Shown here: piece by piece, positions 34,584-45,974 of the stretch
Layout: the number at the start of each line of letters is the position of its first letter
Numbering within the stretch: the first letter of the stretch is position 1
DNA from: Mayamaea pseudoterrestris
Lineage: Eukaryota
Assembly: GCA_027923505.1 (NCBI GenBank)
Contig: BROI01000026.1
Span: 310,001 to 374,000 of the forward strand
Direction: 5' to 3'
DNA: 64,000 nucleotides
Notes under the pieces: model-generated
What the model saw: only the letters and a program-made list of their open reading frames with translations
Database searches by the model: none
Told to the model about the DNA's origin: nothing
Made by a program: the position numbers and the translations under genes

Positions 34584-37500
34584 ATGAGCGAGTCATTTAC
34601 TGTCAATCAGCCGAAACCACGTCTTTACGCTAATCTCCAGTTGGCCTTGAGCAGCCTTTACTCGCTTCCTGCACATCCAGGATCATCCGTCATTTCCCCG
34701 AGTAAAGCACACGAATATTTAATGCATCTTCAGTCGAGGAACGTCCGACGAAGGATCCACGCCATTCAACAAAGTTATCGCGATCAGTTGCATGACAATC
34801 ACCAAGCATTACCATCCGCCCAGCAAAGTATCGGTCAACAACAGTTAATCTATCCCCATCAACAAAATTACAATTCTCATCAAAATCAACAATCTTTCAC
34901 GGCCGTCGAAATGGGATCATCATGGCTTGCCTGTCTGTTTCTGCTAGTGTCTGCACAAACGACAACGGAGCAGCTATTTTGCGCGCAGACGCTTCTGCAT
35001 CGAATCAGACGGAGTCGCTTAACGGAAGCGATTGATTGGGAGGTGGAGCATCCACATGACTGCACTGAAAAGGAGATTGTGCAAATGTTTCAATCCATAG
35101 ATCTCCTCCGGATTTCAGACCAATATTGCCACGCCATACGGCAGTTACATCCATTTGTCGGCGCAGTTTTGGATTCTTCTCCGGTGTCGCGTTCCAGCAT
35201 GACTTTAACTGCAAACGATGAGGAACGGTTGAAAGGAGAGTTGACATTACTAACCGTTGCGAGTTTACTTTATCTGCTGCTGTCGCATGCCCCTTCCTTA
35301 AACGATGGTGATAGCAGCCATTCGAGCGGTGTTTCTCCAATCGCGTCGACATTGGGTGCAGTCGTTGCAACATTGGCGCTTCGCCTGCGCTACGCGGTCG
35401 CACTGACTGAACAGCAACATTCGTTAAGGACGATTTTTACTACCATTACCGACGCGTTATCGGTCGTTTGGAATGCAGCCACGAGTCTGGATGGGAGTGA
35501 CGGGAGCGGCAATGCACGCGCCTTTGTTGTCGCTATGCATGCCTGTCTGAGTAGCGTTCCAGATACTGTCATGGGCGGCATGCAGACGAGCGGCGCGCGC
35601 GGAAGATTATCGATGGATCCCAAATGCTTGCAGGCGGCAATGGCTGAGGTACGCTGCACTGGCATGCAGCAACTTTGGGATACTGTGCGGCACGTAGAAA
35701 GCATACATGGGTCTTCAGTGCCCTGCGATACGCTGCTACTCGACACGTGCACTCAGTGGGCCAAGTTTCTGCCGCTGACCAATGAATTTCTTGAATACCT
35801 GTCTCCTCGGATAAACAAATATTTGACTGGCGTTCTTAATCGACATCGACAACTGGTGATGGGCTTAATCATAGCAGTCTTCGACTGTGGCACCTGGACA
35901 GTCGGAGATGTTCTTGCTCGCAGCCTTGGCCTCTCAGAGCAGCAGCAAATGCAGCAGCTAGGTAAGAAGAAGCAATCAAATAAAACGAAAAAGAGAAACA
36001 ATGCCCGGATTGGCTCAAATGCAACTGACAAGCTGGCTGAAGAAGCTGCCGCCGAAGTGCATTGCCGCGGCGAGTTAGCATGTAGCTTGGCAATTCAAAT
36101 TTGGGAGCATCTTAAACATGTCATTAACCAGCAAATCGTTAGCTTGAACGCTGATTTACAAGCTCCTGTCGACGGTGAAGGTTCCATTGGATGCTTGGTG
36201 TCGGCCGCTAATGCATGCCTACCTCATGTCGTCCAAAATACACATATCCGAAACGCAAAAGAACTCGTCTCAGCAATAGTCGCGCCGTTACAGGAGCTTT
36301 GCAGATCAACCAATAAATCTGTGCGTGCTCTAGTGATGGAGGCGCTATGGACTCTTCATTGTTCTGTCGTGACTAGCGGTCCAATCGAGCGCGAGTTTGA
36401 GGAGATTATCGTAGACAACCTCTGCGCTTGTGCCATGGGCCTTGCAGCAGCTTGTGGTTACCCTTCTGACTACTTTGTTGACCTTGGTGCAGTAAACGAC
36501 GAAGATTTAGAAATTGAACGCAACGACGTGCGAGATTTAGTTAGAACCATATCCGGCTCAACAGCAGAGATGGCAAAGTCGGTATATTTTGACGAGGTTT
36601 TGTCGACGAAAGTTCTTGTTCAGCTTGTCGGGGCTTGCAAAGATGCCGCTTCCTTGGCTTATATGAACCGGCATCTTTGCGCTGAGTCTATTGTGCATAT
36701 GTTTTCAGCCTTGGCAAAACCAATAAATCAAATATTAGTATGGGCAAGTGGTGCCCCATCTTCTCTAGCCATGCACCTCACGTTGACTGCCCTGGAAACG
36801 CTTTGTCTCATGTGCAAGAATACTTTGGCTGCTTTTGATCAACCATTTTCTGTGCAAGTCATACTTCCCGTCTGTCGCACGGTTAATATCGCCGTTTGCT
36901 CCCTCTCACCATTTCTTGCCGGGTTCTGTGTTCCATGCAGCGACGCTGATCAACGATCGGAACTGGTCAAGGAGATAACGAAGTCAGCAGTAATGCTAGC
37001 AGCTTTTTCAATTGACCGCTTACCAGAATTGGCTGCGCGGTCACCCCTTGGTCGACATTGCTATGACATCCGTGGAGCAATGCGCGGACCAGGTGGCGAG
37101 GATCACGTTGGATGCTTGGCATTGATGAGGCTTGTGAACGAGACCAGCGACTTGACGCAGACGGTGATTAATGGATCTAGCGATTTTATTCCCCAATTGT
37201 GCAATCTCCACAGGAAACTCCAAATGATTGAGACACAGAGAGGTCAAGGAGTGTGGCACGGAAGCGGGGTTACTCCAAAGTCAAGGCGGATCCTTCTAAG
37301 CGTGCTCTGTCGCCTCGAGGTAGCTTTCGAGGGAGTAACGGCATCAACGATGCTCGGTGATTTATTCCATTCCGCTGTCAATGCAATCGCATCTCACAAG
37401 CGCACGTCGCTGGACCATCGTGTAATCTACGAGATCTGTGAGGCAATTCATGATATTGGTACATTTCCCAGCGGATTTATACGGTCCTTGTTTGAGGCAT

Positions 37501-38795
37501 CAAGCGTGAATCAACGCGATTGCCTGGAAGCCATTACTCGCGCTTGTTTAGAGGGCTATTGGGGCAATCCCATCGGTTGCGACCATGATGCATCGTGTCG
37601 ACAATGGAATCGCCTACGGGCAGCTTTGTTTTATTTATTGACGAGCTTTGGCACTGTTGATGTTCCGGATCGTGCATCCGAAATGATTCAAAAGTTTATA
37701 CAGGCCGAGTGCATGGCTATCAATCGTCAATGCGGAGCTGGTCCTTATAGCCAGAGTAGTATATTTTGCGAAGAAGTTGTGTCAGAAAGTTTTGTTCCTG
37801 CAGGAGTTTTTGTACGATGTTTTAGCGAGATCATACGTCCTCTACCCGCCTCGCCGACAAATAAGCGAATAAACTCTGCGACAAGGACACTCAACGGAGT
37901 TTTGGAGCAGCAAGATGTTGATAATGCAGTTACCTACTCGAAAGCCATTCAGACCATGTATTTATGCCGAGAGGTTGTCATTGCTTCGGTGCGCCATACA
38001 TGTCCAGAGCCACACTCTAACGCCTTCATTGATCCTCGACCGGTGGTCCTTGAAGCTTGGCTTCTAGCGATGGTTGATTTGATGGAGTTAAACATTCCTG
38101 AGTCTCTCTTGTTTCACGTTAAAGTTTTGCTAACGGAGACGCTGGCGACGGTCGTCTCGCTGCTATTATATCCTACGTTAAAGAGGACTGAGGATCGTTC
38201 CGACGACCCAGGGATGAGTTTCGATGGCCCACAGAGTCTAGCTATCATGGAATTTCTTTCTCATTGTCTTGCGCTACCTATGGGACTTGAAATTCTTGAT
38301 TTGACGGCAGCAGTCTTGTCAAAAAGCTTGTCACTCGATTTTGGAGTGCTTGGCTCGGATGCAGATGGCCAGAAAAAGGGCGAAGCAATGATTGCGGCCT
38401 CCCTCTTCCGAGCGGTCCAGGGCGGACTGCCACCTTGGGCTGTGGAGTTTATTCCAGACGTGTACGCTTCATTCTATGCCGCTCTTGATCGCGACGCTGT
38501 CGCCTTTGGCATGGTGTTGCGATTAGCCATGGACGTGCGTTTGCCACTCGAACCAAATGTTAGTTTCGGCGGCTTGCAGCCGGGTAAGCTAGTAGCGGGC
38601 AGGTATTTTGAGTCTTTGAGTAGCCAAGCAAAGGACAAGTTTGCTCAAGAAGCTATGGTGCTGGCCAGCACTGATGATTTAGCGTCTTGGCGGCGACTTA
38701 AGATGTTGATCAAGGCGGCATGCGGCGGCAAGAAAAAGGACTCTGGTTTCCAGCTGAAGCCTTCTCTCACGAGATGGGATTTCGATCGGATTTAG
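34584..38795 (+). CDS. Large HEAT/ARM protein, importin-beta superfamily-like (importin-13/transportin-3-like N-terminus)
   Basis: 1403-aa intact helical ORF; ALSSLY..AHEYLMHLQ..SWLACLFLL..QLFCAQTLLHRI resembles the importin-beta N-terminal region. Confidence 0.55.
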   Translation: MSESFTVNQPKPRLYANLQLALSSLYSLPAHPGSSVISPSKAHEYLMHLQSRNVRRRIHAIQQSYRDQLHDNHQALPSAQQSIGQQQLIYPHQQNYNSHQNQQSFTAVEMGSSWLACLFLLVSAQTTTEQLFCAQTLLHRIRRSRLTEAIDWEVEHPHDCTEKEIVQMFQSIDLLRISDQYCHAIRQLHPFVGAVLDSSPVSRSSMTLTANDEERLKGELTLLTVASLLYLLLSHAPSLNDGDSSHSSGVSPIASTLGAVVATLALRLRYAVALTEQQHSLRTIFTTITDALSVVWNAATSLDGSDGSGNARAFVVAMHACLSSVPDTVMGGMQTSGARGRLSMDPKCLQAAMAEVRCTGMQQLWDTVRHVESIHGSSVPCDTLLLDTCTQWAKFLPLTNEFLEYLSPRINKYLTGVLNRHRQLVMGLIIAVFDCGTWTVGDVLARSLGLSEQQQMQQLGKKKQSNKTKKRNNARIGSNATDKLAEEAAAEVHCRGELACSLAIQIWEHLKHVINQQIVSLNADLQAPVDGEGSIGCLVSAANACLPHVVQNTHIRNAKELVSAIVAPLQELCRSTNKSVRALVMEALWTLHCSVVTSGPIEREFEEIIVDNLCACAMGLAAACGYPSDYFVDLGAVNDEDLEIERNDVRDLVRTISGSTAEMAKSVYFDEVLSTKVLVQLVGACKDAASLAYMNRHLCAESIVHMFSALAKPINQILVWASGAPSSLAMHLTLTALETLCLMCKNTLAAFDQPFSVQVILPVCRTVNIAVCSLSPFLAGFCVPCSDADQRSELVKEITKSAVMLAAFSIDRLPELAARSPLGRHCYDIRGAMRGPGGEDHVGCLALMRLVNETSDLTQTVINGSSDFIPQLCNLHRKLQMIETQRGQGVWHGSGVTPKSRRILLSVLCRLEVAFEGVTASTMLGDLFHSAVNAIASHKRTSLDHRVIYEICEAIHDIGTFPSGFIRSLFEASSVNQRDCLEAITRACLEGYWGNPIGCDHDASCRQWNRLRAALFYLLTSFGTVDVPDRASEMIQKFIQAECMAINRQCGAGPYSQSSIFCEEVVSESFVPAGVFVRCFSEIIRPLPASPTNKRINSATRTLNGVLEQQDVDNAVTYSKAIQTMYLCREVVIASVRHTCPEPHSNAFIDPRPVVLEAWLLAMVDLMELNIPESLLFHVKVLLTETLATVVSLLLYPTLKRTEDRSDDPGMSFDGPQSLAIMEFLSHCLALPMGLEILDLTAAVLSKSLSLDFGVLGSDADGQKKGEAMIAASLFRAVQGGLPPWAVEFIPDVYASFYAALDRDAVAFGMVLRLAMDVRLPLEPNVSFGGLQPGKLVAGRYFESLSSQAKDKFAQEAMVLASTDDLASWRRLKMLIKAACGGKKKDSGFQLKPSLTRWDFDRI

Positions 38796-38939
38796 CAATA
38801 TGCTCAGCACATTTAAGCAATATTTGCGCAATTGCATCTCGCGGTAAAAGGAGCTGTACTTACTGTTAGGTGCTATCGTAATGCAAGTCACGGAAGTATT
38901 ATATGTTACGGAGGAACAACAAACTGTAGGTTGTAGTCG

Positions 38940-39810
38940 CACCGGTCAAAGGTTTAATCGTGGTACAGGTTCAAGATCTTCGAACGTTGACATTCGCTGC
39001 CGCCGCGGGCGTGGGCATGTTCCACGGAAGCTCTTCGCAGATCTTGCCGATACACTGTAATCCCAATCCATCTTGTCAACTGTCGCGTATCGCTCGTCCG
39101 TTGGAATCGAAACGTTGAATCGAATCGCTCCATCCGGGTATCGTCGTAAGTATCCGCGAAATATGCTTCAACCGTTCCAAGTGCCCCGCTTGTGGCGCAG
39201 CTCGGAATCTCCCCATAGTCATGACAGCACAGTGAATGTCGAATCGACATAAACTTACTGCCCATTGCAACGCACCAATGATCGATTGATACTTCGCAAT
39301 TCCGTCGTCGTCAAGTTCTTTCGTTTCGTCGAGTTCCGGATGATCGCCGTCGCGTAGTGGACTGTCTGCGGTCGCGGTTCCTCGCCGAACATTTCTTTGT
39401 AGTTCGCTAGTAGTGCTATACTTCTTCGCTCCGAAGCAGAGTACGCCATCGTCGTCTCGCCAAACGTCTGCGCCCAAATGATATGCCAATGGACCGACGC
39501 CCTTCAACTTGTAGTTGTAGTTCTCAATTAAAAGATCCGTTAGTTCCTTCGGATTCTTCATCGCTATCGCTAAATCGTCGACATACACACAAACGTATTC
39601 GTAGTGCGTGCCTTTATCGCGCATCCACACGTCCGGTTCTGCGATACACGGCGTGAAGCCAATGTCGCGGAGCGTGTCTGCAAAGTGCTCGTGCCAGCGT
39701 GCGCCTGACGTGCGAAGACCGTATAATGCCTTCACGATCGTGAGCGTGTGACCCTCGAGCTCCCGAACTCCGGACCTGCCACGATATAAACCTTCTCTTC
39801 GTTTTCCTTC
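38940..39810 (-). pseudogene. Frameshifted RT C-terminal half and RNase H start of the copia element
   Basis: Copia motifs KALYGLRTSGARW, YVDDL, YQSIIGALQWAVSLCRFDI, GYLRRYPDGAIRF and EELPWNMPTP are split across frames by several 1-nt indels. Confidence 0.75.
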
Positions 39811-42800
39811 CGTATGCGTTGCCGACGTCAGCTGCCCACAGTTCCAGACCGTTGAGTTCCGCTAACATCGCTACCATTCGTAGACTTCGCAATGACACAA
39901 CGCCCGAGTAAACTGAATCCTTCGGCGGCTCTGTCATATGTCCTCCTGCGACGAGTCGTGCTTTCCGTCGCAAATCGTGCTTGACATCGAATATCATGTG
40001 CACGTTTATTCGTTTCCATGGCGCCGGCATAACCTTACCGACTCCTTGATCTGCGAACGTGTCGTAATCATTTATCTGATTTAATTCCGTTCGAATCGCA
40101 TCCGTCCACAGCGTGTTGCCGTTGATCTCGTCGAGAGCTTTCGCATCTTTATAATTGCGCGGCAGTCTTACGCCAAATTTGTAGCGTACGCCGTTTGCTT
40201 TCGATTTTCGTTTCGCTGCTGTCACCATCTGTCGAAACTTCTTTCGCTTCCGAGTGTAATGTTCCAGCTGCTTCCATCCTGGCTTGTCGAGTAAGCCGTG
40301 CTTGAGTCCATACTCTGCGATCGTTATCGGATCGTCCTTCTTCATGATCGCGAGAGGCTCCCACGTCGTCGTTCCGTCAGTCCATTCGACGAGAACGTTA
40401 CTTGAACTTCCTTTATATGTCGGATCGTTCGGTTTCAAATTAAGCTCGTGTCCGATTACCTTCGTGAATACCCACTGAGTCGCCGGATCGTTTCGTATAT
40501 CTTCGTCCATCTGTCGTTCGATTAAATCCGACAGTTCGTTGTAACTTATTAAGTCTTTCGCTGGCTCCTCTCCCATCTGGATCAGGAAACCTTTCGTCGT
40601 TTCGAGTAGCTCGTTATCGCGTACTTCGATATATTCGCATACAGTCGCTCGCATTTTCTGACCGTTTTCGTGTTCCCTTACGAACGTGCGTCCGATGAGT
40701 TCGCTTGGAGAGAACAGAGGGCATTTATTCCCTGATTCTTGCTCAGCCCTTCTGAAGAACTTCGCTGGTACGTTGGCGTGGTTCGCCATCGGAATCGTTT
40801 CGTCGTCGTTTCCTTCGTAGTTGTCGTGACTACTTTCTGTCGCATTCGTGCTATGGTAGCGTCCTGTCGCGAGATCTGGAGTTTCAAAACTTTCAAAATT
40901 TCGTTCGCTTGCGCGTGTAGCTTCTTCAGAAATCTCCCCTCCAGACTCAGGGAAGGAAGGCAACTCTCGTGGTAACAAGTAGCTGCGCGAGACCACGTTG
41001 GAGCGCGGAATCGCCTGAAGCGTGTCGTCCGTCAGAACGAGAAAAGTCATGTGCGGACCGCTATTCTCTGCGATGCCCACGAATCGGCCGTTGCCAGATC
41101 GTACCGCCGAGGGAAAACTCCCCTGCGCCTCAAACGTGACCGGTTCCCACCACTTGAAATGTAACAAAGGCGAAATATCCGGCAAATTTCCGAACGCAAC
41201 TTCCGTTGGAGTGCGCCATCCCAGCGATTTCGTCGCGAGGACGTTCAGAATCATGATTACGAATTTAATCAGCAAAACCCAGCAATGGCCTGGCGAACCC
41301 GAATCTCGTTGGAGGTTCTCCATCATTGGCTTAATGTGCGACGTGTGACGTTCGCATGGATTTGGTTCTGGATGACCCGGTTCTGTGGTCACTTGAGGAA
41401 TATTGTACATCCGACAGAGATCCCTCACAGCCTTGCCAGTCTCCGACTTGGCATTGTCGCTGAGCAGTCCGTTAGGAGCGCCCACTTCGCGGATAAAATC
41501 CTCTAACGCGTTTGACATTTCACTTTCCGACTTCATCGGGTAGCCGCGCGTGTAAAAACTTTCTCGTCCAACAAAGAGCTGCATCTTAGTAGCTCCCCCA
41601 TGCCCTAGAATTCCATCATCCAAAGCTGGCGTGTCAGAGTGTATCGTGTCCGTGGCGAATAGTTCGCGCAACCGCGGAACGTTCGCGGCCGGAAATCTCG
41701 ATTTCGTGAGGTGTCGAAATGGTAATCGCGGATGTTCGCTGAGATGATACCATGCTTCCGTGTGACGTAAAGTCTGTTGAACTCGCTCAGTCGGTACCCA
41801 TCCGAGGTACGGCCGAAGAGCATTATAGTCCGGTTCCTTGCTTCGTAGCTTCCGCAAATTAACGCGTGAAAACTGAGCGTGTCGCACGCACCGATTGATC
41901 AGTACGTCAAGTTCGTCGCCAGTGCGTGTTGGCGTGTGACGATTGCGGTGCGTGATGCCGTCATCGTCGAATCGTTCGTCGAAAAATCCATAATCGTGAT
42001 CGCGTTCATCGAAATCGTCGTGCGCGTGCTCGACATCGTAAACAGTCGGGTCCCACGGCACATCCGACGTCATTATGACGGTCGGATACTTATCCAAATC
42101 ATCGAACGTGGGTTTCGTCACGTCCAAGTACACCAGGCCGTCGCGAATCGCCAATGGCAAAACGTAGCCTCCAATGTTCGTCGTAATTCGTTGCGTTCCG
42201 CCAAACATGGTCGGAATATCGTCGACGCGATGTCCCATTGCGCGCAATTGATTCGGGCAATGAATCGTCGGTCCGTCTCGCTTTAAAGCATACTGGTGAC
42301 ACAAAAGCAGAATGGTTTCGCCACTAAGGGTCTTTGCCAGTCCAGCTGCAGTGCCAATCTTGAGAGCTGGGACAATATGATCGTCAATACCAGTCACATC
42401 CACCTCGGCGTTCGTTTCCGAAACGACGAGCATGTCTCCTCCGCATAAGCCTCCGTTTGCGCCGCTGTCGATGAGCGCACCTTCGTTGATCCGCTCGTAG
42501 TGTGCGCGATTGACGCGCATACGACGATGCATGTTGAAGCTGAATGTACCTCGTCCGGTGTTATCAGTCGTCAACGATCCTGTCACTTGCTGAGTTGTAG
42601 TACTCGCATTATTCGCTTGCAGAACCGATCGTGCAGCCGTTTGGACTGACATTCCACTATTGCCTGGCTGAATATTAATCGTGCCAGGAACGCTTGCGTG
42701 ATCGTTCGCTACAGATTCCGTCGCGTGACGCTCTTGATGCGCCGCGTTGACTTGCGTCTGCGTCGTAGCCGTGCCTCGTTGGTTGCGCGGTCGCCATCCG

Positions 42801-44306
42801 TTTTCGGGTGTCTTGGGCGCCGTCGCACGCTTGTCCTTCAACTGCTTTCGCTGATCGAACTTCATCTCCAACCAGACTTCATCCTTCACGCTCGCGTGAG
42901 GTTTCTTCATGATCGCTGCAAATCGTTCCGCCGATAAGCCGCTTGGAGTCGCGCCGCCATTGCCGCCGCCGCCTCCTTTCGTTCCACTAGACTGCGCTTG
43001 ATTGATTGTGCGCTTAGTCTTCGTCGTCGATGGGTGCTTCTTGTCATACTTGATGCAGCACTCTTCTAAGTGCGCGTACAACTGCGCGAAATTGTCTTCC
43101 GAGTCGTGTTGCCCCATGTGTTTCTTGATGGCAATCATTCCGTCAAAACCTGCTAGCGAGGCGCTGAATCCAGTGTGCTCAGAGAAAGCGTCGCGTAGCA
43201 TGTCGTATCGTTGTAAACCTGTCAGAGCTTCTGCGTCCATTTCGAGCAGCCAGATGACTTTCTTGTAGAACAGTGCGAGAAATTCGATCGTCGGCCTTGA
43301 CCACTTCTCGGTCAGCCGCATTCCCTGCAGTTCCGTTCGCGCGCGTTCCTTCTCGATGTGAGCAGTAGCGCCTTCTTCGTATCGCGTTCGCAATCGTTGG
43401 TAGACTTCGCGTCCGTCCATCGTCTTCTTGAACTGCTGTACTGCGAGTGATGCAGACGGAGTTCGACAGTGCGTGAGAAAGATTCTGTATACAAACACAT
43501 TCTTCTTTGCATACGCCTTCTGTTCCTTCGGTCCCTTTTCCTTTGGGTCATAATCGTCGTCAAAGACTTCGTGGAAGTCGTGCAATGTAGCGATGACTTT
43601 CAACTCGGAAATCCACTGTTTCCACGAGGAATCCAGCTTCATTTCTTTACAATCCTTCGCCGAGAACTTGATAGACTTCGTAAATTGGTCTGAATACTTC
43701 TCGTCGTCTTCGTCGTCGCCGAGGTCCAATACGGATGTCGGTGACTGCTTCGTGTCCACGTCCACGCTCGTCGGTGGCACCTTGTCGGCCGAGTCGGGTT
43801 TCGACTCGTCGCCTTCGTTCGTTAGCGTGGAGTCCTTGGATTCGTCCTTCTTGGATTCCGTTTTGCTTTCTTTTGCTGGAGGTTTCGCTCCGCTTCCGCT
43901 GCCCACGCTCGCAATGTTGCGCGCTTGGACTCGTTCCTTCGCTCGTGCTGTGACGAACGTCGCCAGTGTTTCGGTGGTCAGTTGCGACCATATCTTGATG
44001 TCCGGCGACTCTTGCGCCAAATACCATTCGATCGCGTTCGTGATCGTGCGTTGTTTCATCTTCGTTAGCGAGTGTTCGCTCGTTTCCTGCGTGACATTGT
44101 CGCCATCGTCAGTCGTCGTCGTTGTCGTCGTCGTGACGTTCCACTTCGTCGCGAAATCGTCGTACTCCATCTCGATCAATTGCGTAAGCGATTCTACTCC
44201 GAGTTCGTCGAATAACTCCTTGAACTGAGGATCTTGGAAAACGCCTACGTTCTCTTCGTAAACATGCGCAAAAGCCGCGTCTTTCTGCGCGCGAGTTTCC
44301 GCCATC
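39810..44306 (-). CDS. Copia gag-pol polyprotein, intact part (ATG about 44306 to first frameshift about 39810)
   Basis: Single open frame of about 1500 aa through gag, protease, integrase and the N-terminal half of RT. Confidence 0.85.
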
Positions 44307-44446
44307 GTTGTCGTCGTGACAATGTTCTTGCTATCACCTGCGGAACTTTCCGGGCCAAGAACCAACGTGCGTCCACGTTACTTCGTAAATCAATAGTACT
44401 CTTCGTCGATAAAGTCTCTATGCCGAGGCAATGAGTCTCAAGACAG

Positions 44447-44886
44447 TGTTAATCTTGTAACTTGTAAATCAAATCGTTGCACCTTTCGCTTGTAGCTGTC
44501 CTTGGATGGCCAATCCAAGCTTGCAGTTGCTACAATACGAGAGACGAATAAATCGCTTTCTTAACTCTTCAAGCTTAGTAAGTCTGCTTGTTTCTACTCT
44601 ATATCGCACTAGTTTCAGCAATATGCTCGTTGAATCGCTTCGAAGCCGTCGCTGCCACGCATCACGCGATCGTGAGGCTGTGGTGAGCCGCGAGTGCCGC
44701 TGTGTCACCCTATCGGACATTCGGTGTGACTTGCCCGATTTTCGCTGTTTTCGTTCGCATCCTGCAAGACGTGCCGACTCGTCTCACGTTCGCCGTCTGA
44801 TTTTCTTCCACCATGATGAGACACCCTTAGCGTTTGTTACTGCTGCTATCACCATTGACTCTAATATCATCTGCAAACATCTAACA
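44447..44886 (-). repeat. Putative 5' LTR (about 440 bp)
   Basis: The minus strand begins TGTTAG (44886) and ends TTAACA (44447), giving TGTTA/TAACA inverted termini about 140 bp upstream of the gag ATG; there is no second copy to confirm the boundaries. Confidence 0.55.
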
Positions 44887-44949
44887 GGCTCCCTTACTTG
44901 GAATTGGTTCTACGTAGTCTATTTCCCATCCGCAACAAGGAAATCATTT

Positions 44950-45562
44950 GATTTGGGCATACACATGGCTCTGGGTATGGGCGTTTGAAAATTTCGGCAT
45001 CTGCTGGCTGAGACTGGTGACAAGTTGTCACCAATCACATTGCCATCTACTGAGCCACAAGCCAGTCAAATTTTCTTGTAGCGCACCTGAAATAAGGATG
45101 TTAGCACCATTCTAGCTTGATTTGGGCATACACGTGGCTCTACGTATGGGCATTTGAAAATATTGGTATCTGCCGGCTGAGACTGGTGACAAGTTATCAC
45201 CAGTCACATTGCAGACAACCAAGGGACCATCCAGTCAAGTTTTCTTGTAGCCCACCTGAATTAAGGATGTTAGCACCATTCTGGCTTGATTTGGTAATAC
45301 ACGTGGCTCTTGGTGTGGGTTTTTGAAAATAACGGCATCTGCGAGACTGGTGACAAGTTGTCACCAATCACATTGCAAACAAGCCAGTCAAATTTTCTTG
45401 TAGCGCACCTGAAATAAGGATGTTAGCACCATTCTAGCTTGATTTGGGCATACACGTGGCTCTAGGTATGGGCATTTGAAAATAACGGCATCTGTTGGCT
45501 GAGAAGTCAGAGACCATCCAGTCAAAGTTTCTTGTAGCGCACCTGAAAAAGGGAGCACCATT
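44950..45562 (-). repeat. About 3-4 diverged copies of the 169-bp satellite, inverted relative to the main array
   Basis: GCTGAGACTGGTGACAAGTTGTCACCAATCACATTGC, TGTAGCGCACCTGAA and GCACCATTCT are reverse complements of main-array segments; palindrome copies near 45015, 45184 and 45348. Confidence 0.9.
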
Positions 45563-45974
45563 CTGGCCCCTAGATGGGCATTCAATGGATTGCACCAATG
45601 ACTGCATGACCACTGAGCCACCGCAGAAATTTCCTTGTAGCCACCAAACCCTTGTCCAATATGGGCATTTAATTAAGGTGGTGAAGACCCCAATCACTGC
45701 CATGGCATCCAAGTAGCTCAGTGACAGTGAGATCACTGACAAACCTTCTTGAGCGCCAGTTGAAGGCCATCTGCCTAGAAGGCGCCACTGGTGCACCAAT
45801 GGAGCATCAATGAGCACCTGCATGGCCAAACTCCTTGTTCCCATATGTTGCATTTAGTGTGGGAAACCCCGGCCATGGCACCAAGTAGTGGCGATGGTGA
45901 GAAGGAACATACATGATCTTAGTGCTATGTGGAAGCTAGCCATGTCTGCCTAGAAGGCACCACTGGTGCACCAA

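Larger units (their letters stand above)
38940..44886 (-). mobile_element. Ty1/copia LTR retrotransposon (CoDi-like), 3'-truncated at the start of RNase H, no 3' LTR
   Basis: Domain order gag-PR (LIDSGANGG)-IN (ATD..SDNA..NPCER)-chromo-like-RT (RKARLVAGGH, DVGNAY, KALYGL, YVDDL)-start of RH (FED.NLYHD). IN before RT is the copia order. Confidence 0.93.

Noticed and set aside
44800..44815. TGGTGGAAG on the minus strand as the retroelement PBS
   Set aside because: It would leave only about 70 bp for the LTR. The TGTTA...TAACA boundaries fit better, although no canonical TGG PBS follows them, so the PBS is unresolved.
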